DNA of 20,000 nucleotides from contig NZ_MWQY01000008.1 in the NCBI RefSeq assembly GCF_002087085.1, forward strand, positions 178,251-198,250, read 5' to 3'. Made by a program: the position numbers and the translations under genes. This document shows positions 10,636 through 18,466 of this stretch, one piece after another; the first letter of the stretch is position 1, and every line of letters starts with the position of its first letter. The notes beneath the pieces were generated by a model, which saw nothing but the letters and a program-made list of their open reading frames with translations, was not told the DNA's origin and ran no database searches.

Positions 10636-12411
10636 TCATTTCGGTAAATCCACTGCTTTCCTGCTGTCCGCATCCCGCAACAGACCGGCTCCTTCCGCAA
10701 ATCCCGTAAAGAAATGCCTCGCGTTCACGCCCAAGACACGGTTATCGTAACCGCCCTCCTGGACGACCAGGGTCGGAATCTTCAGTTCTCCAATCTGCAG
10801 TCCATTCCTGAAAAAATCCCCTGACCTGAGATGCCAGGTACCCGTCGGATCACCTTTCGCGGTGTCAAGGCCGAGGCAGACGATCAGATAGCGGGGCTTG
10901 AACCGTCTGACCGCGTTGAGAGCCCGGGAGAGAGTCTCCAGGTACTTCTGACCATCGACATTTTCCGGGAGCGGGTAATTGATGTTGTATCCCTTCCCTT
11001 CCCCCGATCCCCGTTCGTCCCTGAAACCGGAAAAATAGGGATAGGCAAATCGGGGATCTCCGTGCAGGGAAATGGTCAGAACATCCGGTCTTTCATAGAA
11101 AATATCCTGATTGCCGTTTCCATGATGATAATCTATGTCGAGTATGGCCGTCCTGCCGTACTGCGCAAAGCGATAAGCCGCGGCGGCGGCGGAATTGAAA
11201 TAACAGAAGCCCCCGAATGCCTTTCTCTCCGCGTGGTGTCCCGGAGGTCGGATCAGCGCATAGGCGGCCCTTCTTCCTTCGAGGATGAGGTCCGCCGCGG
11301 TCAGAACGCTGTCTACCGCTGACCTGGCGGCTTTGTAGGCATTCGCGTTCAGGGGGGTGAAAGTATCTATGCAGTAGTAACCCGCTCTGATTTCAAGTTC
11401 CTTCGGGGGCCGTGAGGTATTCCTGATCGGGAAAACATAGGGATATACAGATTTTCCGGTTCCTACGGCCGCACAGGCTTTCCTGATATAGCTGAGATAC
11501 CCTCGGTCATGGATCCGGGAGAGGACCTTCATCCCCTGATCCTTCGGAGCGAATTCGTGAAAAAGATCGGTCCTGATCAGTTCATCCAGTATCGTTTTCA
11601 CTCTGACGGGGGATTCCACGTACCCCCTCTCCCTGACATGGTGAATCTCGTGCTTCCGGTTTACAACCAGAGCGATCTGGTGGTCAGGTTTTACACTCCG
11701 GCGCACACCGATAAGCTTTCCGGAAACGTAGCGCGGCTCCCTAACCTTTACAGGATCATCCCTGAAAGAATCCGTCACCATTTTTATATACGCATCATCG
11801 CAGACATCTCTGTACTTCGTCCGGAGGATCGCCTTTATCGCCTTGCGGGCTGCTGCCCTTCGCAGGGGAGTTCCGGAACCCAGATCGTCGTACATAATAA
11901 AGGGCGGACAGGTATCCTTCGGCCCGACCGGGGTTTCATATTTTGTTCCGATTATCGGGAAAGCGCCGAAATTCTCGTAGAATCTGAGCCGGGACCGATT
12001 CTGCTCGATCAGCCCCTCTTCTCTGCAGATTTCAGGCCCGTCCGGGAGGCATTCGAAGAGAATACCTTTAAGACCGATCTCCACGGCCTCCTCCCTGACC
12101 CTCTTATACAGAGAGGAGCCCAAACCTCCCCGTTCACCGGCCTTTGAAGCGATGTAATCGAGATAACCGTAATCCAGGCCCGGCAGGGTAGACAGCACGG
12201 CGAATCCCTGCACAGTTTCATGAAAATCTTCTATTACAAAGATCACGACCTTCTGCCTGTTTTGTACCGGGTCTCTGAGGGAATCGCGTATCTTTTCGAA
12301 TTTGGCGGCGGAAGTCCCGGGGAACTGCTCGAGAAAGATGTGCTCGATCTGCTCGATCGCCCGGATATTCCTGGGATAAATGGCATCATATATGCGCCGT
12401 ATCTTGAACAT
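10636..12411 (-). CDS. Fusion of an N-terminal GNAT-like domain and a histone-deacetylase/acetylpolyamine amidohydrolase domain
   Basis: N-terminal YLDYIAS..GERGGLGSSLY; C-terminal RPPGHHA, GGFCYFN, LDIDYHHGNG, GLDTAKGDP and QEGGY. ATG 12411 follows a purine-rich RBS. Confidence 0.9.
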   Translation of the reverse strand: MFKIRRIYDAIYPRNIRAIEQIEHIFLEQFPGTSAAKFEKIRDSLRDPVQNRQKVVIFVIEDFHETVQGFAVLSTLPGLDYGYLDYIASKAGERGGLGSSLYKRVREEAVEIGLKGILFECLPDGPEICREEGLIEQNRSRLRFYENFGAFPIIGTKYETPVGPKDTCPPFIMYDDLGSGTPLRRAAARKAIKAILRTKYRDVCDDAYIKMVTDSFRDDPVKVREPRYVSGKLIGVRRSVKPDHQIALVVNRKHEIHHVRERGYVESPVRVKTILDELIRTDLFHEFAPKDQGMKVLSRIHDRGYLSYIRKACAAVGTGKSVYPYVFPIRNTSRPPKELEIRAGYYCIDTFTPLNANAYKAARSAVDSVLTAADLILEGRRAAYALIRPPGHHAERKAFGGFCYFNSAAAAAYRFAQYGRTAILDIDYHHGNGNQDIFYERPDVLTISLHGDPRFAYPYFSGFRDERGSGEGKGYNINYPLPENVDGQKYLETLSRALNAVRRFKPRYLIVCLGLDTAKGDPTGTWHLRSGDFFRNGLQIGELKIPTLVVQEGGYDNRVLGVNARHFFTGFAEGAGLLRDADSRKAVDLPK

Positions 12412-12495
12412 AGTTTTTTCCCTTCTGTACACTATGAATAATCGTCTCAGTATGCTGAGTCCAAATTTCCGAACAGTTCTTTCCAAGAACTAAGG

Positions 12496-12674
12496 TGGTA
12501 TCCCCGATATATGATACCATATACAAGGAGATCAAAGTTAGACAAAAGTTCGATGAAGAGTTCAAAGATAAGGTAGCCGTGGAGGCGCTGAACGAGGAGA
12601 AACCCCTTCAGGAGATTGCTGTAGAGTATGCGGTCCATCCGAACCAGATAAGGGCATGGAAGAAGCAGCTGCTC
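12496..12674 (+). mobile_element. IS3-family remnant (left end and truncated OrfA helix-turn-helix)
   Basis: The frame encodes RQKFDEEFKDKVAVEAL..LQEIAVEYAVHPNQIRAWKKQLL (HTH_Tnp_1 pattern). AAGGAG at 12525 has no proper start codon after it, and the sequence switches to attC at 12669. Confidence 0.8.
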
Positions 12675-12690
12675 CAATTGCTGGTTACAT
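12669..12690 (-). repeat. Half attC site (R''/L'' arm only)
   Basis: CTGCTCCAATTGCTGGTTAC matches the gene-proximal arm of the other repeats and lies 5 nt after the ATPase stop; the partner arm is missing. Confidence 0.85.
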
Positions 12691-12695
12691 GGTAT

Positions 12696-13988
12696 TTAGG
12701 TATGTACAAGCAGTAAGTCTTTATAGATATTTATTCCAAAAGCTATTTCTAATACTTCATCATCACGCAAGTCCTGTTCATTTTTTATATATTGCAATTC
12801 TGTTAATGCTGTTCTACCTTTCTTTACGATTATATTTCGTTCTTTTCTTTTAAAATCGACTAAGAATGGGGAATGTGTTGCAATAAATAGATAGTTTGTT
12901 TTCCCTATCTCCAATAGTTCTTCCCTAAGATCTCTTATTCCGGAAGGGTGAAGATGTGCTTCTGGTTCATCAATCAATATTAAATCATTTTCTTTATTTA
13001 ATTCTCTAGTTTCTATAGATAAAGACAATATTAAAGAAATAAACTGCTTGAATCCCTCACTTCGATTTGTCATTTTATGAAAATTATACTGATTATCAGA
13101 ACCAGAATCTTTAACAGATACTACACATAACTTACTATCATTTATCTCAATATCAAACTCAATGTTATGTCTCCATATCTTTTGAATATATCTAGTAGTC
13201 GCCTTTGATAGCTTTGTCATCATTTTACGTCTAAGCTGATCATTAGTGATTCTATTTATTTCATCTGCAATCTTTTGTTTAGTTTTATAACCCGATATTG
13301 CAAATATATTCCGCAGAGGTATGTTTACTGTTGGATTATTCTTAAAATCTTCTAGTTTAACATTAGATATTAAGTACTCTTCAGATGGTTTCCAGAATGA
13401 AACTTTTGGTTCCTTACTTTTTACAATTTTAACAAGACTATTATTTATAATCTCTTTTAATACTTCTTCGCTCAATTCTTCTTCATTAGCATCATTTTCT
13501 TTAATCATTTCAATCTTGTATATTTTATACTTTTGAGGTTGACCATTAACATTTTTCGTTGCAACTTCTTCACTTATTTTTATTTTTGACGTAATATTGA
13601 CTATACTGTAATGATAAACTTCGTTAAAGTTTTTGTCGTCACTTCCAAGGTATACATTTTTAACTAAATCTTTTATCTCAAAGTCTAAGATATCGCCATT
13701 CTTAAACATTTCTCTTATTTCTTTTAAATATTCATTTTTAGAATCAAATTGAAGATTGAACCATAAGTCAACATAATTATTTTCTTCATCTTTTTGATTA
13801 TGTATTATATCGTAATCACATTCATATGAAGGTGTCCGAAACATTGATATTGCCTGTAAAATATTACTTTTACCAGATTCATTTACACCAATTAACATAG
13901 TTGTATGACTATCACCATATTTTTGACAATCAATTTCCAAGTACTTTATGGATTTATAGTTTTCAATTACTATTTTTGTTAGTTTCAT
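12696..13988 (-). CDS. ABC-type ATPase of the OLD/AAA_15 group, probably C-terminally truncated
   Basis: MKLTKIVIENYKSI start, Walker A GVNESGKS, signature RSEGFKQF, Walker B LILIDEPEAHLHP and H-loop IATHSPF. Confidence 0.85.
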   Translation of the reverse strand: MKLTKIVIENYKSIKYLEIDCQKYGDSHTTMLIGVNESGKSNILQAISMFRTPSYECDYDIIHNQKDEENNYVDLWFNLQFDSKNEYLKEIREMFKNGDILDFEIKDLVKNVYLGSDDKNFNEVYHYSIVNITSKIKISEEVATKNVNGQPQKYKIYKIEMIKENDANEEELSEEVLKEIINNSLVKIVKSKEPKVSFWKPSEEYLISNVKLEDFKNNPTVNIPLRNIFAISGYKTKQKIADEINRITNDQLRRKMMTKLSKATTRYIQKIWRHNIEFDIEINDSKLCVVSVKDSGSDNQYNFHKMTNRSEGFKQFISLILSLSIETRELNKENDLILIDEPEAHLHPSGIRDLREELLEIGKTNYLFIATHSPFLVDFKRKERNIIVKKGRTALTELQYIKNEQDLRDDEVLEIAFGINIYKDLLLVHT

Positions 13989-14122
13989 GCTTCTCATAGT
14001 CCTTACTTATACTCATCATATAATATAGTTTTAAATATAACAAAGAATTTTTAAACAATCCGTATGCATTAACAATATATCACTTTACTATATATTCTCT
14101 ACTTTCTCTTTTCCCAAATTGG

Positions 14123-14294
14123 ATATAACATCCAATTGAGCTGCGTGGCGTGAAGCTGGCATGTGTTTGTGCTGCAACTATCTTGCAGTATAACTCCACT
14201 TATTCACCAGAACAACTCAAAACTAATGTTCCTCGTTCCCGCCTGGTGCACAAACCATGACAGTAGCCACATCTGCTCCAATTGCTGGTTATAT
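14123..14294 (-). repeat. attC site A (172 bp, long type)
   Basis: ATATAACATCCAATTGAGCTGCGTGGC...GCCACATCTGCTCCAATTGCTGGTTATAT; lies 4 nt from the stop of the SecB-like gene. Confidence 0.92.
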
Positions 14295-14298
14295 GGAT

Positions 14299-14718
14299 TT
14301 ATTTAAGTGCATACTGAAGATCATGTATTCTTATAGGGGGATATCCGGATTTAGTGAATAAATCATTAGTGTCTCGATAAAACATCGACAGAATTACTGG
14401 TTTCACTTCGCTATTAATAATTTCAGCGACTTCATCATTGAAATCATCATCATTTTTAATATAGTTATTCTTTAAAGCTGCAAAATAGAGAACTTTAGTT
14501 TGAACTACTAGTTCATCTTTATCTTTTTCTGTACCTTCAAAACTAATTCCGATGGACGAAAAAAACATTTTATTATCGTTACTTAATGTCCATTCTGAAT
14601 TGTAACTAATAGTATACGTATCTTCTCTTTCTGGAATATTAGGCGTAAATACTTCGAAATTTAAAGATTGAAGTAAAATATCTATTATAGGAAACTTTTC
14701 TTCCATGACTAATTCCAA
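14299..14718 (-). CDS. SecB-like chaperone (third gene of putative TAC module)
   Basis: Acidic ~135-aa protein with alternating beta-strand patterns, then ILSMFYRDTNDLFTKSGYPPIRI, resembling the SecB C-terminal helix and GFPPL motif; lies directly after a toxin-antitoxin pair. Confidence 0.6.
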   Translation of the reverse strand: MELVMEEKFPIIDILLQSLNFEVFTPNIPEREDTYTISYNSEWTLSNDNKMFFSSIGISFEGTEKDKDELVVQTKVLYFAALKNNYIKNDDDFNDEVAEIINSEVKPVILSMFYRDTNDLFTKSGYPPIRIHDLQYALK

Positions 14719-15140
14719 TTCTCCTTCAGAAAAAGTGCTTCAAATCTTTTTTCAGACTCTTCGGTTGCGCGGATCTTTTTATCATTTTCAAAAACGATCT
14801 CAACGGTTCTTTTTGTCTTCTCAAAATATCTCATAAAGGAACTGTATTCTATTTCACTAAATGAATGCTTCTTTGTGAAAAAAATAGCAGGTGTATATCC
14901 TAGAATATTTGATAGTTCAGTTATTTTATCAATAGTAAAATTTCGGTCACCACTAAGTAGCTTTGTGATAGCGGCCTTTGATACACCCATTTTCTGAGAC
15001 AACTCAGTTTTACTGATTTTCTCATTTTTCATAAGTCCATAAATTTTACCGGTAACAATATTTCTAAAACTTTCTTTCTTTATATCTATTGATTCTTTTC
15101 TATTTTCAGCTTCTCTTTTCAATGCGCTTATTCCGCCCAT
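14709..15140 (-). CDS. XRE/HigA-like HTH antitoxin with C-terminal extension
   Basis: ISKTELSQKMGVSKAAITKLLSGDRNFTIDKI (HTH_3 pattern); ATG 15140 follows AAGGAG; ~55-aa tail rich in aromatic residues. Confidence 0.85.
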   Translation of the reverse strand: MGGISALKREAENRKESIDIKKESFRNIVTGKIYGLMKNEKISKTELSQKMGVSKAAITKLLSGDRNFTIDKITELSNILGYTPAIFFTKKHSFSEIEYSSFMRYFEKTKRTVEIVFENDKKIRATEESEKRFEALFLKENWN

Positions 15141-15537
15141 AATACACTCCTTCAATCCTTTTTGAACGACTATTACAATAAAGAGTTTTCTGTCGTCTCA
15201 TGTTTTCAAGATCTTTCTTAGGCCATTTCCTTTTGTCTTTTTTAAAGCCATAAACTGCTACTAAATTGTATGGTTTTGAGTCCCATATGCATGCAATTCT
15301 ATATGGTTTTATTTTTATTTCCCATACGTCATCCTCAACAGGTTTAAACTTTTCTGGGTGCGAGTAAAACATTGGATTCGAGTTAATTGCATTTAAGACA
15401 GAAATAAGTTTCTTTCTATATTTTTCATTACCGAATTCCCTGTCCATAAACTCATATACTTGAGTTGTTGCATTCTCCTTTCCAAATACACGGAAACCAA
15501 AGTTATCTTTATAAATTTCTTCGGTACATGTTAACAT
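15106..15537 (-). CDS. RelE/HigB (Gp49-like) toxin
   Basis: KFKPVEDDVWEIKIKPYRIACIW...VYGFKKDKRKWPKKDLE matches the HigB/Gp49 pattern; basic protein; toxin precedes the antitoxin. Confidence 0.82.
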   Translation of the reverse strand: MLTCTEEIYKDNFGFRVFGKENATTQVYEFMDREFGNEKYRKKLISVLNAINSNPMFYSHPEKFKPVEDDVWEIKIKPYRIACIWDSKPYNLVAVYGFKKDKRKWPKKDLENMRRQKTLYCNSRSKRIEGVYYGRNKRIEKRS

Positions 15538-15568
15538 AAATATTAACTCGTTCCTTCTATAATGTCAA
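15530..15568 (-). promoter_or_regulatory. Putative sigma70 promoter and palindromic operator of the TA cassette
   Basis: TTGACA (15568-15563), 17-bp spacer, TAATAT (15545-15540); imperfect palindrome GTTAATAT-TT-ATGTTAAC (15547-15530) overlaps the -10 box. Confidence 0.6.
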
Positions 15569-15616
15569 TAATCTTGTACTAATAGACATATTAGCTATTT
15601 TGGAGCTTTAAATTCC

Positions 15617-15717
15617 ATATAACATCCAATTGAGCTGCAAACCGTTAAGCTGGCGCGTATTCTTGCGTAAGCAAGAATCGTGACAGTAGGTTTGACTGCT
15701 CCAATTGCTGGTTATGT
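15617..15717 (-). repeat. attC site B (101 bp, short type)
   Basis: Same outer arms as site A; AAACC/GGTTT stem; terminal hairpin TTCTTGC-GTAA-GCAAGAA. Confidence 0.92.
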
Positions 15718-15724
15718 GCTGCAA

Positions 15725-16810
15725 CTACCCTTTCAGCAATTCATATAACCTTTTATTCACATAGATTGTCTCTTTCCAAGATTTGAATGATTCTAATACT
15801 CCTATCTCTTCTAATTGCTTAAGATATTTGCTTGCGGTTCTTCTTTCCGCAATATTTGCGTTAACCAAAAATTCAATCTTAGTGTAGGGTTGTATAAATA
15901 GAATATCAATTAATTCTTTTGAGTAAGTCGTCTTTGGTAGTTCATTCTTACATTTTTCAGTCGTTTCATTAATTAAATCTACAATACTTGAGATCATTTT
16001 TAGCGTTTCAACTGAAGTAATTTCGACTGCTTTCAGCATATAAATTACCCATGCTTCCCATCCATTCTTATCTTTTACATTCTGTAGCAGATCATAATAT
16101 CTATTCTTATTCTTTATAATATAATCACTCAAATAGAGAATCGGTTTATCCAATAGTTCTTTTAGTATTAGATACAATACATTTATTATTCTTCCTGTTC
16201 TTCCATTTCCATCATAAAAGGGATGGATCGACTCGAACTGGTAATGTATGATTGCCATTTTTATCAGTGGGTCAATATCATCCGTTTGATTTATGTAGTC
16301 TTCAAGATTCTTTAATAATCTATTTATTGATTCTTCATTATCTGGTGGTGTATAAACAGATTCACCTGTTTGTTGGTTTACAAGCGTCGTACCAGGAAGT
16401 TTTCGTATTCCTGCATTATTTCCCTCTAATTCATTCTGTATTCGAATCATTATATTAGTTGACAGGAATCCTTTTTCTTTTAATTCATTAAAGCCAGTCC
16501 ATATCGCTGATCTATAGTTCAATACTTCCTTAGTTTCTACATCAATTTCTTTAACGCTATCGGCCAATGCTTTGTATAATTCATCCTGAGTTGTTATTAT
16601 GTTCTCAATCTCTGAACTTGTTTTTGCTTCTTTTAAGATTATTGAACTCAATAAGATAGAATCGTTCGGTAAGAGTGAACAGTATCCTTTTAATCTGGCC
16701 AGTTCACGGTTAGCTCTGATCGCCTGATTTAGTATTGTCTTTGTCTCAATATCAGCTTCCGGCGGTAAAAGAGGAAGATCATTATTTGGTTTCGAACCAT
16801 CACGCTTCAT
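15725..16810 (-). CDS. Fic family protein (class II, N-terminal inhibitory motif, probable C-terminal HTH)
   Basis: Catalytic motif HPFYDGNGRTGR; inhibitory motif SSEIEN; C-terminal AERRTASKYLKQLEEIGVL resembles a winged helix. Confidence 0.95.
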   Translation of the reverse strand: MKRDGSKPNNDLPLLPPEADIETKTILNQAIRANRELARLKGYCSLLPNDSILLSSIILKEAKTSSEIENIITTQDELYKALADSVKEIDVETKEVLNYRSAIWTGFNELKEKGFLSTNIMIRIQNELEGNNAGIRKLPGTTLVNQQTGESVYTPPDNEESINRLLKNLEDYINQTDDIDPLIKMAIIHYQFESIHPFYDGNGRTGRIINVLYLILKELLDKPILYLSDYIIKNKNRYYDLLQNVKDKNGWEAWVIYMLKAVEITSVETLKMISSIVDLINETTEKCKNELPKTTYSKELIDILFIQPYTKIEFLVNANIAERRTASKYLKQLEEIGVLESFKSWKETIYVNKRLYELLKG

Positions 16811-16863
16811 TCATGTACATTATAGCACATTTCTTGCACATTACAAGCGTTTCATGTACATTA
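16810..16863 (-). promoter_or_regulatory. Putative fic promoter with three direct repeats
   Basis: TTGTAA (16846-16841), 16-bp spacer, extended -10 TGcTATAAT (TATAAT at 16824-16819); TTCATGTACATTA at 16810 and 16851 and a variant TTCTTGCACATTA at 16831. Confidence 0.65.
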
Positions 16864-16868
16864 CATGC

Positions 16869-16969
16869 ACATAACATCCAATTGAGCTGTGTGGCGTTAA
16901 GCTGGCATGTGTTCTTGCGTACGCAAGAACCGTGACAGTAGCCACATCTGCTCCAATTGCAGGTTATGT
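16869..16969 (-). repeat. attC site C (101 bp, short type)
   Basis: GTGGC/GCCAC stem; terminal palindrome GTTCTTGCGTACGCAAGAAC. Confidence 0.92.
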
Positions 16970-17033
16970 TGCTGAATTGTAATGTCTATCAATATATCTA
17001 AGAAAATATTTATTCGTAAACATTACTCAACTA

Positions 17034-17204
17034 TTAAATATTCTTTATTTCTATATTTATTTCCTCACCATATGGGCCAATATTAATTTCATTCACAGCA
17101 CCACAATTTGGACACGTAATTTTTAATATATGACGATTTGAATCTTCATTGTCTACCGAAAATCGAAATTTTTTTCCCCCACATTCTAAGCAAGTAATTT
17201 CCAT
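17034..17204 (-). CDS. Small zinc-ribbon protein (56 aa)
   Basis: Manual translation MEITCLECGGKKFRFSVDNEDSNRHILKITCPNCGAVNEINIGPYGEEINIEIKNI*; two CxxC motifs; GGAG lies 5 nt before the ATG; shorter than any ORF in the track. Confidence 0.7.
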   Translation of the reverse strand: MEITCLECGGKKFRFSVDNEDSNRHILKITCPNCGAVNEINIGPYGEEINIEIKNI

Positions 17205-17305
17205 ATTAACTCCATAAATTATTATAATATGCTTTTATAGTTTTTCCATTAACTCAATTCTATTTATCAATGTTTAAGAATTTAATAACTTGCATTCTAT
17301 TTCTA

Positions 17306-17759
17306 TTAATTATCAATAAATATTCTATTAAAATTATTCAAAGCGTCAGAATATTCTTTCAATAATTTTATTGAAATATTATCAACCCCTTTCCCTTTTT
17401 CAGTTATAGTACCGTTATTAACAATCAATTGTATTTCTCTAACCTGTGAATGAGAAAACACATAAAATTCATCATTGTCCTTACCAGTAAGTAACCTGGG
17501 TTTGAAAAATACCCAATAATCAGGATCATCAGCACTTTCATTTTTATATTTTGGGAAATAGGATGTAACAAAGTTTTTTCCATTTTTACTTGTTTTCACT
17601 TCAATACGTAGGTATTTTTTTACTTTTTAAGTAAACTAATATATCTGTCCCTTTAGCATTCCCTAAAGTAATCGAGGCATCACAGCCCCTCAGGAGTAAC
17701 TCAGATAGCACTCGATATTCTCCAGCAATCCCCAGCCTATGCTTTACATTTTGTTCCAT
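17306..17759 (-). pseudogene. PD-(D/E)XK endonuclease-like gene with a +1 frameshift in an A7 tract
   Basis: ATG 17759 follows GAGGAG and reads MEQNVKHRLGIAGEYRVLSELLLRGCDASITLGNAKGTDILVYLKSKK; removing one A at 17615-17621 joins it to YLRIEVKTSKNG... (track ORF 17306..17599), giving 150 aa with an E...D...EVK motif. Confidence 0.8.
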
Positions 17760-17870
17760 ATTACGTATCTCCTCATGTTCATGATCTGCTAATAATAATT
17801 CTTTAAACAGCCTGTTTGTATCTGAAAGATCATTTCAATACTATAGGCTATGTTACAAATACCTCCGTCA

Positions 17871-18041
17871 ACATAACACCCAGTTGAGCTGCAAACCGTT
17901 AAGCTGGCGCAGTTTGTGCCTCAGTCGTAAACAGTATAACTCCGCTTATGAGCTAGAACAATCGAAAACTATTGTTCCCCATTCTCACGATCCTGCACAA
18001 ACTGTGACAGTAGGTTTGTCTGCTCCAACTGCAGGTTATAC
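17871..18041 (-). repeat. attC site D (171 bp, long type)
   Basis: ACATAACACCCAGTTGAGCTGCAAACC...GGTTTGTCTGCTCCAACTGCAGGTTATAC. Confidence 0.92.
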
Positions 18042-18295
18042 TGCGCTGATCCCCCAGGCAGAAGAACCATTTTTCGAACCATGAGGAGAATTTCCATCGA
18101 ACACCGAAAAATAGTCTCAAAGGAAAAGTGCGTTTGGCCGTAGCGTGGCCATTAATTGCGTTGGGTTGCGTGCAGGCCTTTGCGCGGCTGCGTGGCCAGG
18201 CGCTGGCCAGCGATAGGCCTTAGTGTAATTTCGATAAACTTTCGTTATCGAATTCCCTCTTCCCTTCCTTCTTCGAAGTCCCCAAAAAAGTGTCT
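18042..18295. other. ORF-less cassette body, copy 1 (candidate structured ncRNA/DNA element)
   Basis: No credible ORF; GC-rich multi-hairpin core; paralogous to 18467-18719. Confidence 0.7.
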
Positions 18296-18466
18296 GTATA
18301 ACACCCAGTTGAGCTGCAAACCGTTAAGCTGGCGCTGTTTGTGCCTTAATCGTAAACAGTATAACTCCACTTATGAGCTAGAACAATCGAAAACTATTGT
18401 TCCCCATTCTCACGATCCTGCACAAACTGTGACAGTAGGTTTGTCAGTTCCAACTGCAGGTTATAC
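18296..18466 (-). repeat. attC site E (171 bp, long type, near-identical to D)
   Basis: Aligns without gaps to 17871-18041 with only a few substitutions. Confidence 0.92.

Noticed and set aside
6719..12441. Long plus-strand ORFs opposite the KamA cluster (e.g. 6719..7387, 8591..9214, 11509..12147)
   Set aside because: They are antisense shadows of well-supported minus-strand genes.
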